DNA from: a virus
Taxonomy: Duplodnaviria; Caudoviricetes
Reading direction: 5' to 3' (one strand)
Virus record (IMG/VR): IMGVR_UViG_3300042268_000478
Span: 1-64,000 of that record
DNA: 64,000 nucleotides
The first letter of the stretch is position 1, and every line of letters starts with the position of its first letter. The notes beneath the pieces are model-generated. The model searched no databases. It saw only the letters and a program-made list of their open reading frames with translations, and was not told the DNA's origin. The position numbers and the translations under genes were made by a program. Of the stretch, positions 10,310 to 19,917 are shown in pieces.

Positions 10310-10721
10310 GGCATGCCTCCTCTATCTCATCGCAGATGCTGGCGAGCTTTTTCTTAATGTCTGGTTCCCAATAGTGGAATACTCGCCATCCTAGTCCAAC
10401 CAAAGCTTCGTTTGCTTGCTGGTCGCGTTCTATATTACGCTCAATTTTGGGAATCCAATATTCACGGTTTGATTTAATTTTTGTCCTTTTTACTTCCCAA
10501 TTCCTGCCATGCCAAAATTCTGAATCGCAAAAAATTGCGATTTTCCGGGACGTGATGGCGATATCTGGCCGCCCCGGCAAATTACCATAGTCTACGCGGT
10601 AACGTATGCCACGGCGGTAAAGTTCTTTGCGCAAAAGCAACTCAACCTTGGTGTCTTTCCGCTTGATCGCCTTCATGATCTTTGAGCGCTCTGGCGAAGT
10701 ATTAGAAAAATCGTAACTCAT
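10302..10721 (-). CDS. vsr: very short patch repair endonuclease
   Basis: ERSKIMKAIKRKDTKVELLLRK, GRPDI, FCDSEFWHG, YWIPKIERNIERD, GWRV..WE. Confidence 0.95.
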   Translation of the reverse strand: MSYDFSNTSPERSKIMKAIKRKDTKVELLLRKELYRRGIRYRVDYGNLPGRPDIAITSRKIAIFCDSEFWHGRNWEVKRTKIKSNREYWIPKIERNIERDQQANEALVGLGWRVFHYWEPDIKKKLASICDEIEEACHE

Positions 10722-10933
10722 ATAACTCCAATCTACTCGATTATTTATGCATAAATAATGTACTGCATTTTTATGTTTTTTCTATGTCGAAAGTAATAAG
10801 AGAGCTATTATTTTTGGCAAACTGTTATATATTACCACAAGGTGATGTTTTGTTTTAGGAAAACTTATGAGATTGAACATTTTAGCTATAATTATATTTT
10901 GCCTGGCTTTAGGCAACTAAAGGGGATAAAAAG

Positions 10934-11833
10934 ATGCCACGCGCGAATATTTCTGACCAACACGGACGGGCTTTTGAGTATGCAATTGCTGCAACTTTAG
11001 GAGAATGCCCGAACTCATCCCTCTCTTCACGGGCAACACGAGACCAAGAACGAGATAAAGTCAAATACGGCAATTTGCCAGACCGCATGAAGCAACGTTT
11101 TGCCCGTGCGGCAAAAGCCTTGGTGTTGTCTCTGTCGCAAACAGGGCACAGAATGTCTGGCTTTTCCATTGACCGGCTACCTGATGACGCCGCAAAAAAG
11201 GGGGACGTTACCGACATCCGGCTTGAGTGGAGTGACGGCAAAACGTTAAACTTGTCTATAAAAAACAACCATCACGCATTGAAACACCAGCGCCCGCCAT
11301 CGTTGATGCAGCAGCTTGGCTATCCCAAAAAACATCCCATGGATATTAAATACCGATCCGATTTGAGTGAAGTTTTTGCAGCGTTTTACCGCTCGGCAAA
11401 TGAGGTTGCGCCAAGCGCCGTAAACTTCCGCGATGTAAATGCAATCCAGCTGGGATTTGTTGACAACTACCTTTATAGCCCTGTTTGCGGTTTAGCCGCG
11501 CGGTATTTGGCTGCCGAGTTAAAGAAACCGCAGCAATGTAAAACTTTTTTTGCCTTTTTGGTGGGTAGGATTGACTATGTTAAAGTTATACTCAAGGGCG
11601 ACGCTTTGGAAATAACAGACTTTTCCGCTATTGAGCTACCTACGGAATGCAAAGTAAGCCAAGAGGATGGCAGGGCAAGCTATATCTACCTGAATTTCAA
11701 TAACGGCTGGGCATTGTCCTTAAGGCTTCACACCGCATCGTCAAAAATGGGCAAACTGGGCGGCACTCCGAGCACAAAATTTGACACGCAACCAGTAAAA
11801 ATGCCGTTAAAAATGTATCGAGTAGGGATATGA
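10934..11833 (+). CDS. HaeIII-family type II restriction endonuclease
   Basis: SDQHGRAFEY and GDVTDI...LSIKNNHHALKHQR motifs of the HaeIII REase family; next to HaeIII-like MTases. Confidence 0.8.
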   Translation: MPRANISDQHGRAFEYAIAATLGECPNSSLSSRATRDQERDKVKYGNLPDRMKQRFARAAKALVLSLSQTGHRMSGFSIDRLPDDAAKKGDVTDIRLEWSDGKTLNLSIKNNHHALKHQRPPSLMQQLGYPKKHPMDIKYRSDLSEVFAAFYRSANEVAPSAVNFRDVNAIQLGFVDNYLYSPVCGLAARYLAAELKKPQQCKTFFAFLVGRIDYVKVILKGDALEITDFSAIELPTECKVSQEDGRASYIYLNFNNGWALSLRLHTASSKMGKLGGTPSTKFDTQPVKMPLKMYRVGI

Positions 11834-12720
11834 GTGGTTTTTCAGCAACAGAACAACAACTTCTGGCATTATTTGCCCAAGGAGCGCAATTTGAGTGCGG
11901 CAACAATAGTTTTACTGTCCGTTTTGCAGGAAAGCCAACATGTTCATTTGGAGAACCTAAAACAGATGTTTACGCAGTAGTTTTCAACCATGCTACTGAA
12001 CAAGATGAAGAAATAAAAATTTCGTACAAACAAAGCAATGCTGATTTTTTGGAAAACAAAATTAGCGCAGAACGCGCGGATGGCATATTTGGGTCTAATT
12101 GGAGCGCTGTTATACAACAAGCAACCTATTCAATACAGAACGATTTTTTATCCAGGCAACTGATTTTCCCAGAGCAATACCGAAGAACACAGGCGGGGTC
12201 AATTACGCTTGGATGGAAGTTTGAATTGGTAAACAAGCCCGGTGGAGAATTATCAGGAGTTATACCGCTAACTTTTGAACAAAAAATAGATATATATTCG
12301 GGGATTAACCTTTCACCTGAAAAACGCGATGCTTGGGTTTGCGGGAAGCAAATAATAGGCTCTGGCATTGCCAATTGTATTTTGGCAACAGACAATTTAT
12401 CGACTCTGCAATGCGCCATAAACAATCTTATGCCTATATACAAATTTGTCCAACAGCGACCTGAGATATATTTTGCCTGCAAAGCATTGAATTGCCGGAC
12501 GTTCCACCCACAACGCAAATGGGATGGGAATCGCCCACTTGCCGTACAAGTTTTATGGTCTGCAGAAAATGGCATACTGACGCCATATATTAAATTTGAC
12601 TCGCCTTTAATGCTTAACGGTAATGATGCAGGCTACACGTTGCTAAATGCCTTAAGGCAAATTGGCGTACATGACGTGAATGGCTTAAATGCATCCAATT
12701 GTAGTTGTTTCGCTAGGTAA
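11830..12720 (+). CDS. putative PD-(D/E)XK-type endonuclease, uncharacterised
   Basis: EPKTDVY...EIKISYK resembles a nuclease active site; coupled (ATGA overlap) to the HaeIII-like REase. Confidence 0.55.
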   Translation: MSGFSATEQQLLALFAQGAQFECGNNSFTVRFAGKPTCSFGEPKTDVYAVVFNHATEQDEEIKISYKQSNADFLENKISAERADGIFGSNWSAVIQQATYSIQNDFLSRQLIFPEQYRRTQAGSITLGWKFELVNKPGGELSGVIPLTFEQKIDIYSGINLSPEKRDAWVCGKQIIGSGIANCILATDNLSTLQCAINNLMPIYKFVQQRPEIYFACKALNCRTFHPQRKWDGNRPLAVQVLWSAENGILTPYIKFDSPLMLNGNDAGYTLLNALRQIGVHDVNGLNASNCSCFAR

Positions 12721-12722
12721 AC

Positions 12723-13763
12723 CTACCTGCTAAAATACTTCTCTACCGCCTTGCCTAGATGATAAGCGAACCTGACCGGAACAGCGTTTCCAATCATTTT
12801 GTAACCGTAGTTAACGCTTTTGTAGACAAACTCAAAGTCATCAGGGAAAGTCTGCACCCGTGCGCATTCCCTAACCGATAAACGGCGGTATACTTCGAAA
12901 GGCGCAGTGAATTTCCAACTGTCCTCGCTAACTTTTTCCATTGGCGGGCAATCTGGATGTAATGGGGCCTGCCTGCTGCTGGCTTGGATAGTGAATGAAG
13001 GTTCATCCCAACTGCGGCGCCGGTTCCGAGACATGTATATTGGGGAAAAATCGCCAATTGCATATTCGTGGTTAAGTATTTCAAGGCTTTCATTGCAATG
13101 GTTTTTTTCAAGTGCGGGAGTTGATTTCGGCAAATCGCCAATTGCTTCGCGCAAGGTTACAATAGGCTTGGACTCCATCTGGAACAAGCACGGCTCATCG
13201 TCTTCGTAGTCTGTGACAATATCTGGGAAAGCAAAAGTTTTCGTGGCGCAGTCTTTATTTATCCCGACGATGATAACTCGTTTGCGGTCTTGAGGCACTT
13301 CATAATTGACTGCGTTGAATAACTGGGCATATATTTCATAGCCAATTTCAGAAAATTTAGCCTTTATGCCTTCAAAAGCTTCTATATGCTTTTGCGATAT
13401 TATCCCGGCAACGTTTTCCGCTAAGAAAAATTTGGGCTTTATGGCTGCTACCAGCCTGATGTAGTCATAGAACAATTGCCCGCGCGGATCGTCAATCCCG
13501 CGCATGGAACCGCCCAAGCTCCAACTTTGGCAAGGCGGTCCGCCAATCATCCCATCGATTCCAGAGCCTATGTCCTCTGGTTTTATTTCTGTGATGGAAC
13601 GTTGCTCAAGGTGGGTATTCGGGTGATTGCGCTTATAGGTCGCCCATATCCCTTTGTCGTATTCGTTTGCCCAAGCAACATCAAAGCCTGCTTGCTCGAA
13701 ACCTAAGTCTAAGCCACCCGCTCCTGAAAAGAATGCCGCTATGCGTAACTTTTTATTTCCCAT
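12723..13763 (-). CDS. DNA (cytosine-5) methyltransferase, M.HaeIII-like
   Basis: [64 protein letters not shown]. Confidence 0.95.
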   Translation of the reverse strand: MGNKKLRIAAFFSGAGGLDLGFEQAGFDVAWANEYDKGIWATYKRNHPNTHLEQRSITEIKPEDIGSGIDGMIGGPPCQSWSLGGSMRGIDDPRGQLFYDYIRLVAAIKPKFFLAENVAGIISQKHIEAFEGIKAKFSEIGYEIYAQLFNAVNYEVPQDRKRVIIVGINKDCATKTFAFPDIVTDYEDDEPCLFQMESKPIVTLREAIGDLPKSTPALEKNHCNESLEILNHEYAIGDFSPIYMSRNRRRSWDEPSFTIQASSRQAPLHPDCPPMEKVSEDSWKFTAPFEVYRRLSVRECARVQTFPDDFEFVYKSVNYGYKMIGNAVPVRFAYHLGKAVEKYFSR

Positions 13764-14763
13764 TAATCAATTGCTCTTTTAATGCGATGGCAAGCGCTTC
13801 TGCAAAGTTAACAGCAACGGCATTGCCTATCATTTTATATCCACCCAAGAGTGAATCGTATTTAAACACGAAATCATCAGGGAATGTTTGGATTCTCGCG
13901 CACTCCCTAACACTTAACCTCCGGTAAAGGTGTTCTTGCCCTTTTTCAAAAATACGTTTGTCTTTGCCCACTTTAGGCATGACTGGCGCTTGCGGGTGTA
14001 TTGGGGCATGCCTACCCCCTGCTTGGATAGTGAATGACTGTTGATCCCATTCCCTCACGCGGTTCCTCGACATATAAATAGTGGAGAACCCGCCAGTTAA
14101 ATATTCATGGTTTGCAATTTTGCATTTATCTCCATTCGTCTTGTTTTTTTCTGCGGCAGGGATTGCAGAATCCGCCAAATCGCCGATTGCATCACGCAGT
14201 GGCACTTTGCTTTTCAATGGGGCAGGAAAATTGAACGAGAAACCTAAATCTGAACGGATTCCAACGAATATAACCCTCTTTCTATCTTGTGGGACGCCAA
14301 AGTTAGAGGCGTTCAATAATTCAACAGATAAAGTATACCCAGCATCTTTAAACATAGCTTTTATGTTTTTCACTGCTCCTTCATGCCTCTTGGATAACAT
14401 GCCTGACACGTTTTCAGCTAGGAAGAATAATGGTTTTTTATCTTTGAGCAAGCGGATAAATTCGAAGAACAACTGCCCACGCGGGTCATCAATGCCGCGC
14501 AGAGCCCCTGCTTCACTCCAGCTTTGGCAAGGCGGGCCGCCAATAATACCATCGCAATCAGGGATATCATCCGAAGGGATATCCCTGATGTCTCGCCTGT
14601 CGAGTCGGGTATGCTTGTGGTTTAACTCAAAAGTTTCCCATATATCGCTGTCGTATTCATTTGCCCACGGGATTGAAAACCCCGCTTTTTGAAAACCTAA
14701 ATCAAGTCCTCCGCAACCTGAAAACAGCGAGATGACTGTTGGGCTGTTATTTTTGCTCGTCAT
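13753..14763 (-). CDS. DNA (cytosine-5) methyltransferase, M.HaeIII-like
   Basis: All C5-MTase motifs; [32 protein letters not shown] closely resembles M.HaeIII/M.NgoPII. Confidence 0.95.
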   Translation of the reverse strand: MTSKNNSPTVISLFSGCGGLDLGFQKAGFSIPWANEYDSDIWETFELNHKHTRLDRRDIRDIPSDDIPDCDGIIGGPPCQSWSEAGALRGIDDPRGQLFFEFIRLLKDKKPLFFLAENVSGMLSKRHEGAVKNIKAMFKDAGYTLSVELLNASNFGVPQDRKRVIFVGIRSDLGFSFNFPAPLKSKVPLRDAIGDLADSAIPAAEKNKTNGDKCKIANHEYLTGGFSTIYMSRNRVREWDQQSFTIQAGGRHAPIHPQAPVMPKVGKDKRIFEKGQEHLYRRLSVRECARIQTFPDDFVFKYDSLLGGYKMIGNAVAVNFAEALAIALKEQLINGK

Positions 14764-14923
14764 TTACTATTCCTTTTCTATTTTGTAAATATTTATCAAT
14801 CGCATCGCGGACAACCCATGCCACAGAAACTTTATTTTCTTGAGCTATATTCTCAAGTTGTTCATAATGCTCTTGAGGAATAGAAGTCGATGTTCTAATG
14901 CTTTTTCTCTTGCTTGTTCGCAT
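14747..14923 (-). CDS. ribbon-helix-helix (CopG/Arc-like) regulator of the MTase operon
   Basis: [37 protein letters not shown]; GGAGA SD before ATG 14923. Confidence 0.8.
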   Translation of the reverse strand: MRTSKRKSIRTSTSIPQEHYEQLENIAQENKVSVAWVVRDAIDKYLQNRKGIVNDEQK

Positions 14924-14951
14924 AATAGTCTCCGTTACCTGCATCAATGTA

Positions 14952-14964
14952 CACCACAGTGGTG
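14952..14964. promoter_or_regulatory. candidate RHH operator
   Basis: Perfect palindrome CACCAC-A-GTGGTG about 30 nt upstream of the RHH start. Confidence 0.45.
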
Positions 14965-15003
14965 CAAAATCAAGTTAATTGCGGAAACTATAATGCTTAT
15001 TTT

Positions 15004-15390
15004 TCACTTTGAAGCCAACCATTGCTTTTCTTGTTCGCTCCATAGCTCAGGCATTTTTTTGCGGAGCTTTTCAACTCCCAACCCATTCAGGTTCTCCCCG
15101 GTAATAATTGCATGGATAATTTTCGGGGAAAGATACCTCAAGCGAATTGTCCTAGTTAAAAACGAAACATCCATGCCAAGAGCTTGCGCGAGTTCTTTGG
15201 TATTTTTTAATACTCCATCATCAATGAGTTTTTGCCAATAAAAAGCGCGAGCGATATTTAACGCCAGTGGCGTTTCGTTTTGGTTTTCTCCACTCGTTGC
15301 CACCAGTTCTTGGTGGTAGCGGTTCCGCCTCACTTTTATCGGGATAGTTATATGGATATTGCCGTTATCCAGTCTCGTTATTTTTTGCAT
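15004..15390 (-). CDS. HTH-containing protein typically encoded after DUF2924/serine recombinase pairs
   Basis: IARAFYWQKLIDDG..TKELAQALGMDVSFLTRTIRLRYLSPKII; overlaps the recombinase 3' end. Confidence 0.7.
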   Translation of the reverse strand: MQKITRLDNGNIHITIPIKVRRNRYHQELVATSGENQNETPLALNIARAFYWQKLIDDGVLKNTKELAQALGMDVSFLTRTIRLRYLSPKIIHAIITGENLNGLGVEKLRKKMPELWSEQEKQWLASK

Positions 15391-16663
15391 TTTTCTTTAG
15401 CTCCTCAAATATGTTTTCAAGTCCAGAGACTTTTAATTCCAGTTCCAGGCGGTCGTCAAATATTACTGCTGAGCCCAACAATAAGTTTGCCAGCCTGTGA
15501 CGTTCTCCGTGGTTCATTTCCTCCCACACCTCCGTGATAGGGGTAAACAAGTCCAATACTGCCTCGGCTTCGACCTCTAAAACCTCGCTAACTTGCGAAT
15601 AAAAAGACTTTGATTTTAGCACAAGCGCTATTTGCTCAAGCGCTAAGCCTTCAATTTCACCTGCTGCCATACGGTTCACGGGACAAGTCTTAATCGCTCT
15701 TTTTGCGTCCTTGTCGCACACATAGTAAAAATACTTTTTGTGCTTTTTCTTGGTATAAGTTGGAATCATCGCGCATCCGCAATGCCCACACCGCAAGATG
15801 CCTTTGAGCGGAGCAAGCGTCTCCATGCGCCCACGGTCTGAGTTTTTCATGGGTGCATTGGCTTTCAAGATTTCCTGGACACGGTTCCATATGTCCATTT
15901 CGATAATACCTTCCTGCTCGCCCTCGCAGATATGACCTTTGTAATTGACCTGCCCGATATAGGTATAATTATTCAAAATGCGGTAAATCTGGGGTTTTAT
16001 CCAATCTTTGCCTTGCCGGGTTTTTATGCCTTCAGAATTCAATTCGTGAGCTATCTGCTTTGGTGATTGGACTTCGATGAAGCGTTGGAATATACGGCGT
16101 ATAATCTCGGCGCCATCCGGTACGATTACCAGTTTTTTGTTGATAACTTCATAGCCCATTGGAACGGAACCGCCAACCCATTTGCCTTTCTTGCGACTGG
16201 CTGCCATCTTATCGCGGACACGCTCGGCGATGACTTCACGCTCGTACTGGGCGAAGGTCATCAGGATGTTGAGCATCATGCGCCCAGAGCTGGTGGAAGT
16301 GTTGATTTCCTGTGTTACCGCAACGAACGATACTCCCCACTTGTCCAGTTTTTTGCTGAGTTCGCCGAAGTCTAAAATTGAGCGTGAAAGACGGTCGATT
16401 TTATAGACTACAATTACGTCAATTAAGCCAGCTTCGGCATCAGCGAGAAGTCTTTGTAGTGCAGGACGTTTCATATTGCCACCGGAGAAGCCGTCGTCAT
16501 CATAGCGTTCAGGCAGACAGACCCAGCCGTTTGATTTTTGACTGGTTATGTATGCTTCGCCAGCTTCACGTTGAGCATCGAGGGTGCTGAATTCCTTCTT
16601 TACGTCGTCCTCCACACTCTTGCGAGTGTATATCGCGCATCGTTTTTTTGTTTGTCTGACCAT
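15365..16663 (-). CDS. large serine recombinase (integrase)
   Basis: CAIYTRKS catalytic motif, DDGFSGGNMKRP, KIDRLSRS, recombinase domain, zinc ribbon CGHC...C..C. Confidence 0.95.
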   Translation of the reverse strand: MVRQTKKRCAIYTRKSVEDDVKKEFSTLDAQREAGEAYITSQKSNGWVCLPERYDDDGFSGGNMKRPALQRLLADAEAGLIDVIVVYKIDRLSRSILDFGELSKKLDKWGVSFVAVTQEINTSTSSGRMMLNILMTFAQYEREVIAERVRDKMAASRKKGKWVGGSVPMGYEVINKKLVIVPDGAEIIRRIFQRFIEVQSPKQIAHELNSEGIKTRQGKDWIKPQIYRILNNYTYIGQVNYKGHICEGEQEGIIEMDIWNRVQEILKANAPMKNSDRGRMETLAPLKGILRCGHCGCAMIPTYTKKKHKKYFYYVCDKDAKRAIKTCPVNRMAAGEIEGLALEQIALVLKSKSFYSQVSEVLEVEAEAVLDLFTPITEVWEEMNHGERHRLANLLLGSAVIFDDRLELELKVSGLENIFEELKKNAKNNETG

Positions 16664-17098
16664 TTATTTTACTCCGAAAAATACTTTGCCGTTCCAGCGT
16701 GTGTTGGTGATAGCTCGTGCGACCGCCGACAGTGAACCGTAGGTGTTGCCTTCGCATTCGAACTTGCCGTCAGGCTGAACCGTGACCTCAAAAGTTTTAC
16801 CTTTCCATTCGCGTGAGAATCTTGTGCCGGGAATGATTTTCTTTTTACTTTTGCCAGCTTTGCGGATGGTTGCCAAGTGGTCTTTTTCGGCGATTTGAAG
16901 CAGGAATTTTTCATCTTCTTGCGACAGACCGCCGTAGTACACTTCCTGAACCCGGTAAATCAGCCGTTTGCGTAAGCCTGTTACGCTGCGCGATTGTGTT
17001 TCAAAGCCGTAAAGCTCCATAAATTTGGCTTTCAGCTCCGCCAGGTTCATCTGTCTGACTTGTTTTATTTGTAGTTTTATTAACTTATCGTTGTTCAT
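16664..17098 (-). CDS. DUF2924 domain protein
   Basis: LIYRVQE..YGGLS, PGTRFSREWKG, YGSLSAVARAITNTRWNG..FFG. Confidence 0.9.
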   Translation of the reverse strand: MNNDKLIKLQIKQVRQMNLAELKAKFMELYGFETQSRSVTGLRKRLIYRVQEVYYGGLSQEDEKFLLQIAEKDHLATIRKAGKSKKKIIPGTRFSREWKGKTFEVTVQPDGKFECEGNTYGSLSAVARAITNTRWNGKVFFGVK

Positions 17099-17237
17099 GT
17101 CGCAACTCCTTTAACTTGTGTTATATACAAGCGTCTATGAGGTGCTTTATCCAATCGCTTTGACATTATTCTGCGTAATACTGCCGATATTAAATCAACT
17201 GCCTGCCGGATGTTCTCCGGTAGCTGTTTATTTGTAC

Positions 17238-19580
17238 TCATTTACTCCTCCGTAAGTCTGATAATTTCATTTTTCCGCTTGATTTAGCGGTGGCTGTATT
17301 TTGGCTTTGTCCGCTTCTTCTTGCTGAAAGTTTTATCGGCGGCTTGCGCATCCTCAAGGCTCCGCCGATGTGTTCGGGCAAAGTTGCGCCGAGCATAGAA
17401 CCGCAGACCGCACAGCCAGCCAAACAATCGAGCCAGTGGTTGTCAGCTCGCTGTGGACGGATTTTCCATTCGTCCACGGTTCTGCCACGCCCGGCAGTTT
17501 TGACGCGGTACTCAGCGGTTAAGTGTTCCGCCATGAGCTGATGATGCAACGGAGTTCTGCCGTAAAATGCCAGGCAACCTTTATCGCCAATGGCTACACC
17601 AAGCCGGGCATGGACAAATGATTTCCAAAAGTTGGTATCATATATCACATGCCGGATAGCACGTTTGCCCATGACATTGGGAATCATCCAGTTCAAGCCG
17701 AGTCGGTCGCCGGGTTTCTTGCGGTACTCGGTCATGGGTTTTGACGACGCTCCCACGAACCGCCCATGCGACGGCAGCAGAATACTTGAGTATGTGCTTT
17801 GACGGCAGAACTGATAGACAATATCGGTTGATTGTCCCCAGTTGGCGTCTATCATCGCTCTTTCTATTTTGAGCATTGCGCCATCTTCACGTTGCCATTC
17901 TTTGCTGAAATAATCTTCGGTGAGTTCTTGCATCGCGGCATACAAGCCTCCCTCGAAGCCAGCCGTAGGGTAAACGCTTTGAATAGTCGGGTTTGCATCT
18001 GACAGCGAAAACTGCCGCCGTTGCTGGTCGGGAAATGTGCCGTAATCAATCACCGCTCCAGTGAAGTCATCGCTCCATGCTGCAACCACATAAAACAACA
18101 GAGCTTTCTGCACGTCAATGAACATTGTCAGTTTGTCGCAGGCAATTGGGATTTTACCCTTTGCCATGCCGTTGACTTTGCTGGCAATCTCATCGACCGT
18201 GAGCATTGTTTCATCTGAATTATCATCGGGTAGCGGATCGTTTTGATATTCCGATTGGAATGCAACCTCATCTTGAAACTTCAGATTCATGGCGTGTTGC
18301 AAAGCTGAAATCTCATCATGATTGAATCGGGCATCCCAAGATACTTCTGCTCCAGCATCCATTGCTTCGCGGTTATCCTTATAGAACTTTGTCGCGGCAT
18401 CGAAGTTTCCGTCAGTCCGCAATGATTCAGCCCGAAGCTCCGCATATTTATCCCACAGCTTCATGTTGGCAGGAAGCTTGTAGAGCATCTTGGTTTTTTC
18501 GCCGTTCCAGTCAGGATGCTTGTTTTTATCCAAGATGATGTCAGCCATGTCGCCGGGACGGATAATTGTGCATGGCATCACGCCTGAAATCTTTTGTCCT
18601 GGACCAGCTAAACCGAGGATATCGCCAGCGAGTACCCGAATGCGTTTTCGAGTTTGCTCCAGTGAGCCAGCAGATTCAGAGGTTTGCGGATCGTCGATAA
18701 TCACCAGCGATGGACGAACACTTCTGCCGTCACTTCGTTTGTACTTCATGCCACGAATACGCCCGGTAATCCCGGCAACTCTGACAATCACGCCAGCAGA
18801 CTTGCTGTTTTTTACAGTGGCCAGAACGATTTCATTGCTCGTCCAGGTAATGCGGGTACGTTCGCCCATACATATTTGCCCGGCGCAGCGGTTGGCGATT
18901 CCCTCAAGCTGTTCAATCGGAAAGCAAACCTCTGGGAAATCCTCCGCTAGTTTTTCATTAACTTCAAGTTCGGTTTTGATTGAATCCAAAATTTCCAAGG
19001 CGGCAGATTCGGTTGAACCAATTAAGGTGATAAACTCACGATGTCCGTAAAGCATCGACCATAGAGCCGCCGTTTCTGACAAGCTTGACTTGCCTGCGCC
19101 ACGTGGCATTGCCATTGCGAACAAACCGCCTGATAACACTGCCGACTCAATCTTCTCAATAACCTTGAGGTGGTCAGGCGACCATTCCAAGGCAAAGGTT
19201 TCAGAAAAATAGCTCTCGCAGAATAGTTGAAAATTCTTCTCACAGTCAGCTTTTCGCTGAGGATTGGCGACATCTGGCAACGCTCCGATGTCACGACCTG
19301 CAAGGGATTGTTCTGCCTGGCGACGGCGTTCGGCGTCGCGGCGGTCATCGTAAGAACGGCTGGGGTTGTTTGTCGGTGGAGTGTGTTTCTTGTCGCAGAG
19401 CCAAGCTATATACTTTATCAGATTGATGTTCCTGGAGTTATCCGCTGCGGCAATTCTGAATCCTACCCGATTGAAGTCACGATATATTCTTGCCTGCGGC
19501 AGAACAAAGCCCTGATCCGTTGAGTTCAGTAGCCGTGCCGCCTCGACCGGACGCATAGAGGTTGGGTTAATTTGTGGCAT
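17238..19580 (-). CDS. terminase large subunit (GpA-like)
   Basis: Walker A MPRGAGKS, Walker B VIIDDPQ, nuclease FIDVQ...NHWLDC; AAGGAG SD before ATG 19580. Confidence 0.9.
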   Translation of the reverse strand: MPQINPTSMRPVEAARLLNSTDQGFVLPQARIYRDFNRVGFRIAAADNSRNINLIKYIAWLCDKKHTPPTNNPSRSYDDRRDAERRRQAEQSLAGRDIGALPDVANPQRKADCEKNFQLFCESYFSETFALEWSPDHLKVIEKIESAVLSGGLFAMAMPRGAGKSSLSETAALWSMLYGHREFITLIGSTESAALEILDSIKTELEVNEKLAEDFPEVCFPIEQLEGIANRCAGQICMGERTRITWTSNEIVLATVKNSKSAGVIVRVAGITGRIRGMKYKRSDGRSVRPSLVIIDDPQTSESAGSLEQTRKRIRVLAGDILGLAGPGQKISGVMPCTIIRPGDMADIILDKNKHPDWNGEKTKMLYKLPANMKLWDKYAELRAESLRTDGNFDAATKFYKDNREAMDAGAEVSWDARFNHDEISALQHAMNLKFQDEVAFQSEYQNDPLPDDNSDETMLTVDEIASKVNGMAKGKIPIACDKLTMFIDVQKALLFYVVAAWSDDFTGAVIDYGTFPDQQRRQFSLSDANPTIQSVYPTAGFEGGLYAAMQELTEDYFSKEWQREDGAMLKIERAMIDANWGQSTDIVYQFCRQSTYSSILLPSHGRFVGASSKPMTEYRKKPGDRLGLNWMIPNVMGKRAIRHVIYDTNFWKSFVHARLGVAIGDKGCLAFYGRTPLHHQLMAEHLTAEYRVKTAGRGRTVDEWKIRPQRADNHWLDCLAGCAVCGSMLGATLPEHIGGALRMRKPPIKLSARRSGQSQNTATAKSSGKMKLSDLRRSK

Positions 19581-19767
19581 CGTCAGTCTCCTTTGCCAGC
19601 CATGCGGCATAGGCGATTAGATTGAAAGTGCCGTCGGGATTTTGCGGTGCGCCAGCTTCAACGTCGGCGGCAAGGGTATCTTCGGAGATAGTCCTTGCTC
19701 CAGCCTGTTTGAGCAGACGCACCAGCATTTCTGGCGTTAAAGCCGTCAATGTTAATGAATTATCCAT
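19567..19767 (-). CDS. small HTH protein upstream of TerL (terminase small subunit-like)
   Basis: 66 aa overlapping the terL start; GAP.NPDGTFNLIAYAAWL. Confidence 0.6.
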   Translation of the reverse strand: MDNSLTLTALTPEMLVRLLKQAGARTISEDTLAADVEAGAPQNPDGTFNLIAYAAWLAKETDDATN

Positions 19768-19917
19768 ATATTTGCCTTATTTGAAATTTATTGAGTGGAT
19801 ATGCGCTTTTATCCACGCTTCTATGTCCGCGTGAGCGGAAATGCCACTCAAAAGTCCTTACCACGGACGGGGTTAGTGCTTCGCTTCGCTCAGAATTTTT
19901 AACAACGGAGGTTCAGA

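Noticed and set aside
10721-10736. 16-nt match TATAACTCCAATCTAC shared with 1920-1935
   Set aside because: One 16-mer match is expected by chance in an AT-rich 64-kb window; here it is the reverse complement of the vsr ribosome-binding region.
17141-19820. DnaA-box-like TTATCCA(A/C) motifs near 17147 and 19809
   Set aside because: Isolated imperfect matches, not clustered, with inconsistent orientation relative to neighbouring genes.
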